Shown here piece by piece: positions 40,118 to 52,735 of a stretch of DNA of 64,000 nt. Position numbers and translations under genes: made by a program. This stretch comes from TPA_inf: Saccharomyces. Lineage: Eukaryota. The first letter of the stretch is position 1. The number at the start of each line of letters is the position of its first letter. The stretch covers positions 288,001 to 352,000 of the forward strand of contig BK006944.2 of NCBI GenBank assembly GCA_000146045.2. The letters are read 5' to 3'. The notes below the pieces were generated by a model that had not been told where the DNA came from, searched no databases, and saw only the letters and a program-made list of their open reading frames with translations.

Positions 40118-41443
40118 TCATTTCTTAGGGCTTGCGTCAGCTTGATGAGGATTTGTGATAGTAGCCGTTGGAGGCATGAAGGGCATTGGAAACATGGGGA
40201 AAGGAGGTATACCGAAAGGTAACGGTACTGGTGGCACTGGCGTACCGCCGTTATTTACAGAAGTTGGAAGGCTGGTATTGTTGTTCAAGCCAGCGGTGCC
40301 AGTTGGATCCATCAACTTCATTTTCTTAGTTTCTGGCTGGTTGCCATCTTTAGAGCTTCCGTGTAGTTCCTCTTGTTTCTTCAAAAACGTTTCGACCTCC
40401 TTTTCCTTGTCCTGGTCGGGTACTAAAGAATCGAGAAGGATATCGCGGGTTTCGCAATTGGGGCATACAAAGTCGCTCTCTACCAGTGCATTTTCCAGCG
40501 CCTCTTTTGAGAAATCTATGTTACAGCACTTGCTTGTCTTTACCGGCTGCCTCAAAAGACCACCTGTCAAGGGACATTTTAAATCGTCAGGAAGATCTTT
40601 GAAATGGCCTTTTCTCCAAATGGTTTCATCACCATCAATTTGACGGTTCTCTCTTTTCCTTTGGTAGTCTTCCCATGATTGTTTGTCTTCAACTTGTACC
40701 ACGAACTTGCCTTCGTCCGTAATCATAATCTTTCGCTGAGCCATCTCTTCCGGTGTCATTGTCTCGGGATCTATTTCAATGGATTTTAAAAACTTCTTTG
40801 GAATACCTGTGGTTCTTCTGATTCTTTTTCCTTCAAAATTTGGATCGCTGTTAGTTGGACAATTTTTAATCCAGTGGTCTCTACCCCCACAACGATAGCA
40901 CATATAACCTGGTGGCGGTGGGCCTTCGTTTTCTTGTGCAGAATTCTTATTCGTCTGTGACTTGAAAAAAACAGGTGTGGCTGCAGACATTTCTTCTTGC
41001 GTTTGTTCCCATTGATTTTCTTGTGTGGCAAACATACTAGCAATTCTTTCTTCTTCCGTTGTACCACTAACATTAGCAGTGGTTGTAGCAGTGTGTTGTC
41101 TCTTTTGCAACACTCTTGGCCTACCAGTAACATACCTTGTTGCGTTCCCAAGAGCTGCTGCTCCCACATTCCCTTTAAGTCGACTGTGTACGGAGAATGA
41201 TTTAATTGCTGGAGATCTTTTTACTATGACACTAGTAGATCTAGGTATAACAAAGGCATCATCGTCGTATTCCTCTTCTGTATCTGGGTTGTAAATTTTT
41301 AATTGGAAATCTGTGCCGTCACCTAGTTTGTTCTCTTGAATAATTTCCCTTTTCAAATCAAATACTGTCAGGCCGGTACCATCAAATAAAATTCTTGATG
41401 TGTTTCGTTGAGACTTAAAGCGGTAAAATATCGTGCTACTCAT
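40118..41443 (-). CDS. MPE1: Cleavage and polyadenylation factor subunit with DWNN-like N-terminus, CCHC zinc knuckle and RING-like domain
   Basis: 441 aa with a ubiquitin-like N-terminus (MSSTIFYRFKSQRNTSRILFDG), a zinc knuckle (CYRCGGRDHWIKNC), a C-rich RING-like region and a P-rich tail. Confidence 0.9.
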   Translation of the reverse strand: MSSTIFYRFKSQRNTSRILFDGTGLTVFDLKREIIQENKLGDGTDFQLKIYNPDTEEEYDDDAFVIPRSTSVIVKRSPAIKSFSVHSRLKGNVGAAALGNATRYVTGRPRVLQKRQHTATTTANVSGTTEEERIASMFATQENQWEQTQEEMSAATPVFFKSQTNKNSAQENEGPPPPGYMCYRCGGRDHWIKNCPTNSDPNFEGKRIRRTTGIPKKFLKSIEIDPETMTPEEMAQRKIMITDEGKFVVQVEDKQSWEDYQRKRENRQIDGDETIWRKGHFKDLPDDLKCPLTGGLLRQPVKTSKCCNIDFSKEALENALVESDFVCPNCETRDILLDSLVPDQDKEKEVETFLKKQEELHGSSKDGNQPETKKMKLMDPTGTAGLNNNTSLPTSVNNGGTPVPPVPLPFGIPPFPMFPMPFMPPTATITNPHQADASPKK

Positions 41444-42165
41444 GTTACACTATTCCAGTCTCTGCCGATATGATGAGAGCTACCGAAATTTCAGTACCCT
41501 CTTGATTGTTCTTGCTTATTTTATGTTGGCCATAAACTTGGTTATTAACAATATGCTTGATATTCATCATCATTGTATTAACTTTCAGTAAAGTTACCCG
41601 CCTGAATTACAATGTTGTGACATAATATAATGGCATAAGGAAGGTTATTGCACCAGCAATGGATTAAGGTAGTTATATTTACCGCTTATACACTACATGA
41701 TAATGAATATATCAAGTCGATCATCCTTTTTTATGTTTTAAAATACTTTACATACATAACTGTGTTTTTACTTTATCTAAAAAAAGAGTTGTTATGAATT
41801 TGTGATTATTTATATTTCCAAATATTTATGATCTCAAAACGTAAAAAAACATAAAAAAAAAGTGTTAACCAAAGAAATTGAAGAAAGATAGATAAATAAG
41901 TTCCAAAAGTTCTATGAATTTTCAGGTTGCATGGCAGATAATGTCTTCTGCTAGGCAAATGTCAAACATGAACTGAATTGTCAATACAACATAATGTTAG
42001 CTTCATTATTGTTGTATTGCCGGGTAAGCTAATTTTACTAATAACAATATTTTCTTAACGCCTTAGAATACTTTGTGAAATATTCGACCGAATAAGGAAT
42101 AAGTAGAAGATGCACTTAGAGGTTAGGAGGGGGACACAGGCTATCGAAGATAACAGTAAGGATAA

Positions 42166-42534
42166 ATGGCAGTACCCGGGTATTACGAATTATATCGTAG
42201 AAGTACTATAGGGAATAGTTTGGTGGATGCTCTTGATACTTTAATTAGTGATGGGAGAATAGAAGCGTCGTTAGCTATGCGTGTTTTAGAGACATTTGAC
42301 AAAGTGGTGGCTGAGACTTTAAAAGACAATACCCAATCTAAATTGACTGTGAAAGGAAACCTGGACACATATGGATTTTGCGATGATGTTTGGACTTTTA
42401 TCGTAAAAAATTGTCAGGTTACTGTTGAGGACAGCCACCGCGACGCCTCCCAGAACGGGTCTGGAGATAGCCAAAGTGTAATTTCGGTGGATAAGTTGAG
42501 GATTGTGGCATGTAACTCAAAAAAGAGCGAGTAA
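42166..42534 (+). CDS. TOA2: TFIIA small subunit (gamma)
   Basis: 122 aa, beginning MAVPGYYELYRRSTIGNSLVDALDTLISDGRIEASLAMRVLETFDK... Canonical TFIIA-gamma. Confidence 0.93.
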   Translation: MAVPGYYELYRRSTIGNSLVDALDTLISDGRIEASLAMRVLETFDKVVAETLKDNTQSKLTVKGNLDTYGFCDDVWTFIVKNCQVTVEDSHRDASQNGSGDSQSVISVDKLRIVACNSKKSE

Positions 42535-42855
42535 TATCTATGCTATATGCCCGGATGCTTTGTTGACCAATAGTTACATTGAAATTTCTCTATTATCTCC
42601 TCTCTTCTACCGCTTTTAATACAAGCTCTAGGAACAGTGTCATGAAATAATGTTTTGTATTCTTTTATATTAGGGAACTTGTGATTCTTCTGTTTTTGTT
42701 TTTTATTTTTCCTGTCTGTACATTCATGTAATAATAATTTAGATTTAAAGTTCAATCTTTTTACTTAAAAAACAAACGAAGATCATGGTGCTAATATTCG
42801 GATTTGAGTTGATCAATTTTTTAAATGAAGTATTAATTTACAGTTTATATATTCA

Positions 42856-45800
42856 CTATAGACCTCGTAACTCATCTCTTAAATCAGTTAAAGTAACCAC
42901 TTTACTTCCGTTTAGAATCCATTGATCGTATGCACTATCAAAGCTAGATAAAACGTTGATGACCATTAGGTAACATTTTCTCTTTCGAATAACATCAAGA
43001 TCAGCTTGCATTAATATGTACTGGTACAGTACTTCTGCAGCAGCCCTCTCGCTTTTGTTCAACATTCTAAAACAATAAAGTTTCTTAAAACACTCCCAAT
43101 CACCACTCCGTAGATTTTGTGACAGAATACTATCCACTATTTTAATATCTACTGTACGAAGATATAGCTCGCCATTGTCTGAATGTGCGTTACACAAGCG
43201 CAGAAGTGTGCTGAAAAAATCTCGTGAATATATGTCTTCCTGTAATAATAATTGGAGAAAATTTGTTCTTACTGTGTCGGAAAGACACTCGTGACCCAAT
43301 CTCAAAACATCCAAGACTTCTTCAAACATTCTGAAGTGGATTAAAAGATTTAAATAATGAATATGCTGTTTTTCTTTGAAGTCTTGCAGTTCTTCAATCT
43401 GAATTTCTTTTAATGAATATTCTGCTGACTTAGATATACATTTCAAAGCAAATTCTTGGCTGTTATTTCTATCAAATAAGAGAGATAATTGATAATAGAA
43501 TGCAGAATGCCTATATGGAACTGTAAAGGTGCACAAAAGATCTTTCCATATACTATCACCGTGATAGTTTTCACTCTTAAGGTCTTCTAAGAATGTCGGC
43601 AATTTATCATTGATAGCCTCCGGATAATCGTGTAGTTGAAAAATTTCATAGGATTGATCGAAATTACCACAACTAAATAACGTCATGGCAAACATAAATT
43701 CTTGCACCTCGTTGTGGCGTAAGTAGAAGGGGCATTCAACGTTCTCGAGAAAGAACCTTATATTCTTATGAGATGTGTTTTCAATGATATATGAGCGGAA
43801 AAACGTCATAAAGAAAGAATTTTCAGTGATGGAAGCATTGTAAACATTAGAGTTTAAGGAATCGATATAGGCAATGAGTTGGCCGTAGTTAAAAAATTTG
43901 ACACCGAAAGAGAATTCAGAAGAATCCTTGAGAAGAACTTCCGCCAACAGACACTTATCTTGTCTATAAAGGTTTAACAATAAAAATTGCTTATAATGCA
44001 AATCCAATAATGTAGATATATGCTGTCCGAAAATTTCGGTATCAAGATCGAACAGAACGAATGTTAACAATACTTGTAAAGTAATACGATAATGTATGGA
44101 AAGTAACTGGTGAAGAGATTCTAGGGAAATTATACTTGTGAAACCATCGAATTTGATTGCAGAGATGAAATCCTTTTTCCAAAATATACCAGGCTTCATT
44201 TGGTTATTGATTAAATCATTTAAAACAACGGGTATATCAAAAGAGTTTAATTCGTCGAAAAGAATCTTTAGATTTGTGATTTCAAATTGATTTTCTAGGC
44301 AATTTTTGAAAATGTCCGTAAATTTTTCTACGGTAGTCATAGAATCAGGCAGCTCTCCTGTTATTATATCAAGAAACTTCTTAGAAATGGATCTAAGAAC
44401 ATCATTTGACAAAGTAGAAGCAAAACCATTCAATGTCCTTAAATACTTGAACAATTCAGAACCATCAGTTTCAGAGTGCATATTATAAAACCAATTCTCC
44501 ACAGTAGTATTCAGCTTGTAAAGGGAATGATTATACGGTTGGAAACAATTGACGAGAATAATTTCATCGCCATAAAGTGTTATAGAAGAAGCCTCGTTGA
44601 ATGCGGTTTTTACGTCTCTCAATATTGTTTCTAAATTAGCCAAATATTCTTCATCTTCGTTATGAGCCATAATAATCTTATTTTCACTCAATATTTGCTG
44701 TGCACGTTCAAAAATTTGGGTACCATATCTTGATTTCAAATTACAGAAACCCCTCTCAACATCTCCAGTCTTTGTAACGATATCCAAATCATGTTCGGAT
44801 TGCAAATCTACTAAGGATTTGTTAACTGATTCTATCCATTCATAGTTTTTGAAACTTTCATCATTTACGTTTAGTATCTGTAACTTGCTAGCAGTGCCAC
44901 TTTTCCATAAAACGATCAAATTTAAATAACTAGCCTCGACATTCAACTCCAATGGTCTCGTTAGAACTAAATCTACAATTGACCAAATAGCAGAAGCTGA
45001 AAGATTAGTGGGGATGTTATTTTGAAAAGTATAAGTCAAAATACCGCTTGAATCAACCAACAAGGTGCCCATTTGAAAAAGCCCATTTTCCAAAGGCAAC
45101 AATGTAACTAGAGTATTGTTATACAAGGAAAGGTATTCCCCTACAGCTTCCACTTTTCTAAAATGGCTTGGGTCTGAATCTGACTGTGAAACCATATCAT
45201 AATCTTGTATTAAAGTAAATGAAGTTAAATCCCAAATTTTCAAGTGGCAATTCTGAGTCAACACAATTAAGTATCTTTCATGGAATAATTTACAACTAAT
45301 CACACTATCGTAATCCGATTTAGAACTCCTAGAAAAAAATCGCGTTAGGCTTTTCAAGTATGAATTATCATTGAATAGTAAAGGCTCGTAATGTACGCCG
45401 TCAACTTTTTTTAAACCCAACAAACCGCCATCTTCCAAAAAAACAACTGAGAACTGGGGTGATACATAGAAAAGGAAATGAGGAACTCTAACTGTAAAGT
45501 CGTAGGGATTTTGGAGATGAAACCACTCTCCATTGAGAGTGTTGGCCGATGAAAATAGGAAACTTAGGGGTAGTTGTAACGTTAAAAACGAACCATCTTT
45601 TAAGATAACATTAACCAGTAATTGCTGTTCCACTTCTTGTATCGTTAAAGTGTATCTCTGATTCATAGAAGCATTTGGTAAGTGTATATTAATTGTCTTC
45701 CCATGGTATGCGTCACTCAAAGGATAAAATGTCAACAATGTTGATCTTGAGGAAAAATGGTAACAGATATACTCAGAGTTACTCAATAACAAACAATTGG

Positions 45801-45969
45801 AATATTCACTTCCGTAAGGCTGAGGAACTGGTGTAGAGATGGACTTATCTCCTTCTTTCAGCCCGTTATTATTACTGTTATTACTGACGTATAAATCAAC
45901 CGTATTATTGGGTTCAGGTTTTTCATAATATTGGAGCAAATTTGCATCAATTCTTGAGAGGCATGCCAT
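42856..45969 (-). CDS. NUP120: Nucleoporin of the Nup84 (Y) subcomplex
   Basis: 1037 aa with beta-propeller plus alpha-solenoid composition. Length and position match YKL057C. Confidence 0.88.
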   Translation of the reverse strand: MACLSRIDANLLQYYEKPEPNNTVDLYVSNNSNNNGLKEGDKSISTPVPQPYGSEYSNCLLLSNSEYICYHFSSRSTLLTFYPLSDAYHGKTINIHLPNASMNQRYTLTIQEVEQQLLVNVILKDGSFLTLQLPLSFLFSSANTLNGEWFHLQNPYDFTVRVPHFLFYVSPQFSVVFLEDGGLLGLKKVDGVHYEPLLFNDNSYLKSLTRFFSRSSKSDYDSVISCKLFHERYLIVLTQNCHLKIWDLTSFTLIQDYDMVSQSDSDPSHFRKVEAVGEYLSLYNNTLVTLLPLENGLFQMGTLLVDSSGILTYTFQNNIPTNLSASAIWSIVDLVLTRPLELNVEASYLNLIVLWKSGTASKLQILNVNDESFKNYEWIESVNKSLVDLQSEHDLDIVTKTGDVERGFCNLKSRYGTQIFERAQQILSENKIIMAHNEDEEYLANLETILRDVKTAFNEASSITLYGDEIILVNCFQPYNHSLYKLNTTVENWFYNMHSETDGSELFKYLRTLNGFASTLSNDVLRSISKKFLDIITGELPDSMTTVEKFTDIFKNCLENQFEITNLKILFDELNSFDIPVVLNDLINNQMKPGIFWKKDFISAIKFDGFTSIISLESLHQLLSIHYRITLQVLLTFVLFDLDTEIFGQHISTLLDLHYKQFLLLNLYRQDKCLLAEVLLKDSSEFSFGVKFFNYGQLIAYIDSLNSNVYNASITENSFFMTFFRSYIIENTSHKNIRFFLENVECPFYLRHNEVQEFMFAMTLFSCGNFDQSYEIFQLHDYPEAINDKLPTFLEDLKSENYHGDSIWKDLLCTFTVPYRHSAFYYQLSLLFDRNNSQEFALKCISKSAEYSLKEIQIEELQDFKEKQHIHYLNLLIHFRMFEEVLDVLRLGHECLSDTVRTNFLQLLLQEDIYSRDFFSTLLRLCNAHSDNGELYLRTVDIKIVDSILSQNLRSGDWECFKKLYCFRMLNKSERAAAEVLYQYILMQADLDVIRKRKCYLMVINVLSSFDSAYDQWILNGSKVVTLTDLRDELRGL

Positions 45970-46411
45970 AATAGGTCAGTTGTGTACGAGTGAAATTGCG
46001 ACCTCTTGAAAAATGCTTATGAACGTTGGATTTCGTCAATTTCTACTTGTTTCTCAGCTTCTCATGCTATTTCAATTCAATTTTTTTTTCACGTAATTGG
46101 AGAAAAAGACAGGAAAACAAAAAACATGAAAGTTCTGTAGGGTAATGGAAAAGAAAATATTGATGAACTATACATATCTACGGCAATTGATAAACGTGTC
46201 TTAATAAAATCATAGAATAATTAAAAACGTCCTAATGCGTGTTAAGAAGTAATTAGGAAGTTTAGATACCTATAGAATCAAAGAATAGAAGCTAAAAAGT
46301 TGATGCAGAGAAAAAAGAGAGAGAGGTTACATATACATTAAAAATGAGAAAGGGGAGTCCTACTCTCAAATTCAAATACAAAATACGAAAATTTTTCTAA
46401 TTTCGCTAGAC

Positions 46412-46915
46412 TTAGATCTTTTCTTCCACAATACCGTGCTTCCAGATGGCAACAAATGGAGTGGTACCATCTTCACGGTAGTTCAACATGACAACCATGG
46501 CATCTGGGTCCATGGATTCACCAGTGAAGAACTCCCAGTCCTTGAAAGAACCAATAACCTTCTTGACGTAAGTTTGAGCACCCTTTTCGAATTTAGGAAC
46601 TTCTTCTGGGTTAGTTTCTTGCAACTTAGCTTTAACAGCCTTCATGTAACCCTTAATGTAGGTCAAGAAGGACTTCTTGTCAAAAGCGGTTTGTTGTAGA
46701 CGGAAAGAGTGGACAACGTTGTTGACCATTTCAGCACCTTCTTCAACATCATCGTCACCACCTTCAGCAGATGGGTTAGCACCGATATCGATGTTGTCAC
46801 CTCCGACATTGACCATAGCACAGTCGGCTTCGTAGATAACGTCATCAACTAACTTAGCGTCGTAAGCATCAGACAACAATTCGTCGTTAGAGAAGATATC
46901 CTTGTAAATAATCAT
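46412..46915 (-). CDS. TMA19: Translationally controlled tumor protein (TCTP) homolog
   Basis: 167 aa, beginning MIIYKDIFSNDELLSDAY...IGANPSAEGGDD...FVAIWKHGIVEEKI, which matches the TCTP signatures. Confidence 0.95.
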   Translation of the reverse strand: MIIYKDIFSNDELLSDAYDAKLVDDVIYEADCAMVNVGGDNIDIGANPSAEGGDDDVEEGAEMVNNVVHSFRLQQTAFDKKSFLTYIKGYMKAVKAKLQETNPEEVPKFEKGAQTYVKKVIGSFKDWEFFTGESMDPDAMVVMLNYREDGTTPFVAIWKHGIVEEKI

Positions 46916-47090
46916 ATTTGTCTATAGTATGTTCTGTGTTAATCTGCTAACCGCAACTGAGACCCCAGAAAGAAAATTGTTAAAAAGCTAAAATGAAAGT
47001 AGTAAACCATTGAATGAAAACATTAACCAAAATAAAATTTTTTTTTAAGTCCCAATTGAAATACTTCTCCTTATAAATATCATGAAAGGA

Positions 47091-47140
47091 AGAAAAAAAA
47101 GTGAAAAAAAAAAAAAAAACCAATAAAAAAATAAAAAAAT
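47091..47140. promoter_or_regulatory. Poly(dA:dT) tract (A16 plus flanking A-runs) in the TMA19 upstream region
   Basis: A run of 16 A residues at 47104-47119 plus A7 and A7 runs, about 190 bp upstream of the TMA19 ATG. Such tracts exclude nucleosomes in yeast promoters. Confidence 0.6.
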
Positions 47141-47320
47141 ATCAATTCTACGAGAAATGCGTGCGAAATCGATGAGTTTTGTTTTGCCTCTGAAAAATTC
47201 TGGAAAATTTTTCTTAGCGGAAAAAAGAAAAAAAAGAAACGTGATGTGAAAATGTGTTCACTGAGCTCATCGATATACACATTGAACAGACACAAATCTA
47301 TTATTTGTTTCGATTTTCTT

Positions 47321-48181
<861 letters not shown>

Positions 48182-48536
48182 CTATACCAATGTACTCATG
48201 TGTATTCCATAGTTCTCATCAGTTGCAAACAGTAACGGCGGAAATTTTGACGCTGTGATATATAAAACAGAAAAAGTGGCATTTCCAAAACCCCGCAAAA
48301 TAAAGACACAGCTAGCTAGATAGATAACACAACATATATATACCTTTTATTATTTACGTACGTATATATATATATGCAAAATTTAAATGATATATGACAT
48401 CATCAAAAGGATATGGAATCCTTGCCCAAACATTGAAGAAAGTAAAACATAATAGTGGTAATAAAATGTGTATTTAAATTCATTGTATTTTATTCCCCAT
48501 TTCGTTTTTTATGTGGGAGGTTCTACTTCTCCCTTA

Positions 48537-50753
48537 TTAGTAGAAACCTCTTGAATTTTTAGAATTGTAATCATAACCGTTGTAGCCATATGGTACACCT
48601 TGTTGGGCAGCAGCAGCGGCAGCGGCAGCAGCTTGTTGCTGTTGTTGTTGGAATTGATAGTATTGTTGGAACTGCATTTGTTGTTGTGGGTTAACAGGTT
48701 GGCCATTTTGCATTTGAACTTCAGGTTGGGGTTGACCTTGAGGTTGCTGTTGCTGTTGCTGTTGTGATTGCTTCTGTTGAGAGTCTTCAGAATGCTGGGC
48801 AACACCTTGATTTGGACTTTGCTGTTCCTGACCGTTTTGAGTTTGGTAATAGTTGTAATTGTTCTTTGGTAACTGGTATGGATATTGACCAGCTACACCG
48901 TATTGAGGTTGACCATATGGGAATGACTGTTGGTAAAAGTGGGCGTAGTATGGCATGAATGAGCCACCGTATGGCTGTTGTTGTTGAGGTTGGGCGTGAG
49001 CTGTAGCTGGAGAAGCGGCAGCAGCAGCGGCAGCACTAGTCAAATTAGCAGCAGCAGTGTTCGCGCCTGCTTGACCATAACCTTGTTGGAAATTATATTG
49101 GTTAGCATTACCACTAGTTTGAGCGTTGTTTTGAGCAAGTTGCTGATATTGTTGACCGTAAGCGTATCCTTGTGAATCAAACATACCTGGATAAGAATAT
49201 CCAGGAAATTGGTTTTGATACATGTAGTACTGTTGGGCAGCCACGTTGTTCCCTTGTTTTTGACTTTGTGGACTTTGCTGTGATTGAGGTTGTTGTGATT
49301 GAGGTTGTGGATGCTGTTGCTGTTGCTGAGCATATTGTTGTTGTTGGGACAAATACTGTTGCTGTAACTGATGCTGTTGTTGAGCGTATTGTTGCTGCTG
49401 TTGTTGAGTATAGTAGTTTTGAGATAATTGTTCTTCTTGGGCTTGAGCTTGAGCTTGTACTGGTTGTTGTTGCTGTTGCTGTTGCTGTTGTAGTTGTTGT
49501 TGTGGTTGTTGTGGTTGCTGTGGTTGTTGTTGTTGCTGTGGTTGCTGTGGTTGCTGTGGTTGCTGTGGTTGCTGTGGTTGCTGTGGTTGTTGGGATTGTT
49601 GTTGTGGTTGAGGTACAGTATTAGCTTGATCTTCTGGAGGCTCTGAAATAACAGCACTAATTTCAACCTTTTCTTCAACAACTGTAACTTCTTCTTCTGG
49701 AGCAGCAACATTATCTTGTTCTTGTTCCAGCTCTTCCGCTGTCTGTTCCTCTTCTTTTACTTGTTCCTTTTTTTCAGCTTCTTCTTGGACTTCTTCTCCG
49801 TCCACTTCAGGGACTCTGTCTTCATTTTCTTCAGAAGGTTCAGCAGTCTCCTCCTCTTGTTCTTGTGCAGATGTTTCTTGTTCATTAACTTTTTCTTCAC
49901 TAGCTTCAGACTTTTGGTCATCCTTCTTAATATCGCTTATTTCTTTCTTCAATTCAGCAACGTTTTCAAGAGGAGACTCGGTCTTTTTAACAGCCTTTGG
50001 CTTTGGTGTAGCAATTGCAGCCCACGACATTTTCTTTGGTTGTGAAGCAGATGTCCTAGAAGTTGTTTTCTTTGAAGATAAAGAAGGTTGCTCTATTTGT
50101 TTGTGTTCTTCTTTGTTATTATGCCCTTCCTGCTGTTGTTGCTCTTCTTGCTCTTTTTCTTGATTTTTCTCCTGCGCTTGTTGCCCTTGTGCTTCTAATT
50201 CTTCATTATTGTTATCATTTGAATCTTGAGGAACGTCATGTTTAGTATCTACAGAAACAGCTGCTGCCCACGATGTAGTGTTTGAAACAGGCTTGGATGG
50301 TACGTGCTTCCCCTTGTCGAGATTAACATGTTTCCCGGTTGTATGAGCTCGTGGTGTTTGTACCTTCTTCTTATTTCTGGCTTGAGTATAATTGTTACTA
50401 CTGTTATGCTTTGTAGAAGTAAAAGAATTGCTATTATTAGAACTCTTATATGTAATATCATCTTCTGGATTTGGCAAATGTTGTTGAGGGACATATGAGT
50501 GTTGTTGCTCCTTTTTTTCATATTTTTCCTTCTTAGCAGGTTTCTTTACTTCATCCCATCTTGTCACTGCGCCGGAAGTAATTTTATCAATTATAGTTTC
50601 CAAATCATCATATTCTTGAACTATATCAATTAAATCATCACTCGTCCAGTCAGGGAACAATTCTGTAAGCGTATCTATTTTGGACTTTAGCGCAGGATTT
50701 AGTTTTTTACTACTATGACTATTATGATTAGACTTCCTAAATTGTGTAGACAT
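48537..50753 (-). CDS. DEF1: RNAPII degradation factor with N-terminal CUE domain and long Q-rich C-terminal region
   Basis: 738 aa. The N-terminus reads ...[30 protein letters not shown] (CUE-like). The C-terminal half contains (QQP)n, polyQ and polyA tracts. Confidence 0.9.
49461..49612. repeat. Imperfect trinucleotide and 9-mer tandem repeats (TGGTTGCTG)n on the plus strand, encoding (QQP)n / polyQ in DEF1
   Basis: TGGTTGCTG repeats six times in a row (49536-49590), embedded in a TTG/CTG-rich tract. Confidence 0.9.
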
Positions 50754-51181
50754 TATATATATATGATGATGTAGATTATATTGAGAAAACGACCAAACAA
50801 AAATAAATATGTAAGTACTTTATGATGGTGATTTTTTTGGGGTAATTGGTAAGAGTTTTTCTTGTAGCTTCAAAAGATCAAATATAAAATACGAATGTTT
50901 CTGAAATTACTGTAAAAGACTTAGGAAAAGGAATGAAACGTTTATATGGGAGAGAACGAAAATTTTTCCTTTTCCCGCCACTACTTTTTGCCACCATTTC
51001 CCGTTATTTATTTGGGCGAGTGCTCACCTCCGACGGAATCACGGGTGACGGATATCCTAAAAAGGTAAAGAATTGAAACAGATCTATTAATATACGGATC
51101 ACTATACATTATTATAAGTCGATATTGCAGTATTAGTATTTACATGTTGAATAATGCACATTCTGTGCTAAAATATATACT

Positions 51182-51454
<273 letters not shown>

Positions 51455-51571
51455 TTATTGTTATTGTAATTCAAGTTAAAACACAAACAGATGTTTTCTA
51501 ATGACCTCTCCCGGCATATATCTGGCGCACTTAGAATAAATTTCTACATGCAAATACTCTGAATATTCTGA

Positions 51572-51946
51572 ATGTGGCTCTCCCTATATCGAAGAAAAAA
51601 TATAGCGGGCCCATTACCCTGCGTTCTGATATTCATCACTAGTAAAAATTGTATGTACTTATTTATTCTATCTATTCGTAGAAAAATGAATGATGGTCCC
51701 AGGCTTTGGTACTTCTTTCGTACTCTCTTCTTCATCGGGCCCTTCGTTGTTATCATCCGCTTGTCCCTTCGGGTGGTGGTGCCCCTGCTTCAGAGGCGAG
51801 CTCTCTATATTATTGCTGTTCTCATCGTCGTTATCGCCGTCGTTATTAATATGTTCTTCATGAGCCAGTTGCTTCCGCATTTTATTGGGCACAATCGGAG
51901 ACGGTACCATGCTGGAACTAGACCCGTACTGCTGCTGCAAAAGTAG
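51572..51946 (+). CDS. YKL053W: Dubious ORF antisense to ASK1 (YKL053W); probably non-coding
   Basis: 124-aa ORF lying entirely within ASK1 on the opposite strand. No domain. Confidence 0.1.
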
Positions 51947-52546
51947 CGAAATCTTTCTTTTGCGGCTTTGTCTCTGTATTGTACTTTCATCTTGCTCATC
52001 ATCAGCTCCACCATGACCCTCGCCTGTAAGGTCTGTTTGCTCCCTTGAAGGCACCGCCTCTGAACCAGTATCTTCGTCGCTAGAGTCCGGAAGTTTCAAT
52101 ATCTGTCCCGTGGATGTTATATTCGCTGTGTGGAAATCATCTATACTGTCGTTATTAAACATAGAATGGACATCCCGGTTGACATGTACAGCTGAATCTG
52201 CCTCGTTAGGCCCATTGTCTGTCTGGGACTGCCTACTCGCCTCTTCAGCGGATGTAGGAAATATACCAACATTATTGCTCACAAGGCTTTTGACTGGAGC
52301 GTTTCCCACTGGTGCAGCTGCATTTGCCTGCAAATTCACCAGCCCAGTCTCTTGAAACATAGTCCCCAGCCATTCGGTGCTATCCATGATCCGCTCACAT
52401 ATTTCTGAATATGTAGCCACGTGTGGGATGATGTCCTGGGTGATCTTATGAAAGCAGAAACTCAAGTTAGAGTCTATCTTCTGCAGGTTCACTGTAATTT
52501 CTTGATCAAGTTTTTCCAATGTTTCCTCTTTGCTTGCAGAATCCAT
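51668..52546 (-). CDS. ASK1: DASH/Dam1 kinetochore complex subunit
   Basis: The track ORF is 308 aa. The Met at residue 17 ([18 protein letters not shown]...) gives 292 aa, matching ASK1, with a coiled N-terminus and an S/D-rich tail. Confidence 0.8.
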
Positions 52547-52661
52547 TTTTTGTGTCAACAATCCCTTATGTTGCTCTTTCCATACGTTGATCAACCTGGC
52601 TCTATTCCCACCCCAAACTGTAGATATCTATTTTGTTGATGCCTCAGCTCACCAAAACAAA

Positions 52662-52735
52662 CCAAAAAAACGGAAAAAAAAAACGGAAAAGAACGGAAAC
52701 AAACGGAAAAGAACGGAAAAGAAAACAGGAAAAAC
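52662..52735. repeat. A-rich tract with five phased AACGGAAA(A/C) motifs (10-bp periodicity) in the ASK1-SFK1 divergent promoter
   Basis: CGG occurs at 52671, 52684, 52694, 52704 and 52714, embedded in aaaCGGaaaag-type units. Spacings are 13, 10, 10 and 10 bp. Confidence 0.85.

Noticed and set aside
40155-40643. 162-aa ORF antisense to the MPE1 3' region
   Set aside because: It is the Gly/Pro-rich mirror of MPE1's Pro-rich C-terminus and has no start context or domain.
22199-45969. Apparent functional clustering: two nucleoporins (NUP100, NUP120) and two kinetochore proteins (ASK1, CSE4) within 40 kb
   Set aside because: Yeast has no operons. The genes are separated by many unrelated genes and sit on different strands. 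The clustering is treated as coincidence.
49040-49711. 223-aa minus-strand ORF and 150-aa plus-strand ORF (49172-49624) inside the DEF1 repeat region
   Set aside because: They are alternative-frame and antisense readings of the CAG/CAA/CTG repeat, giving poly-N/H/S and poly-V/A. They are not independent genes.
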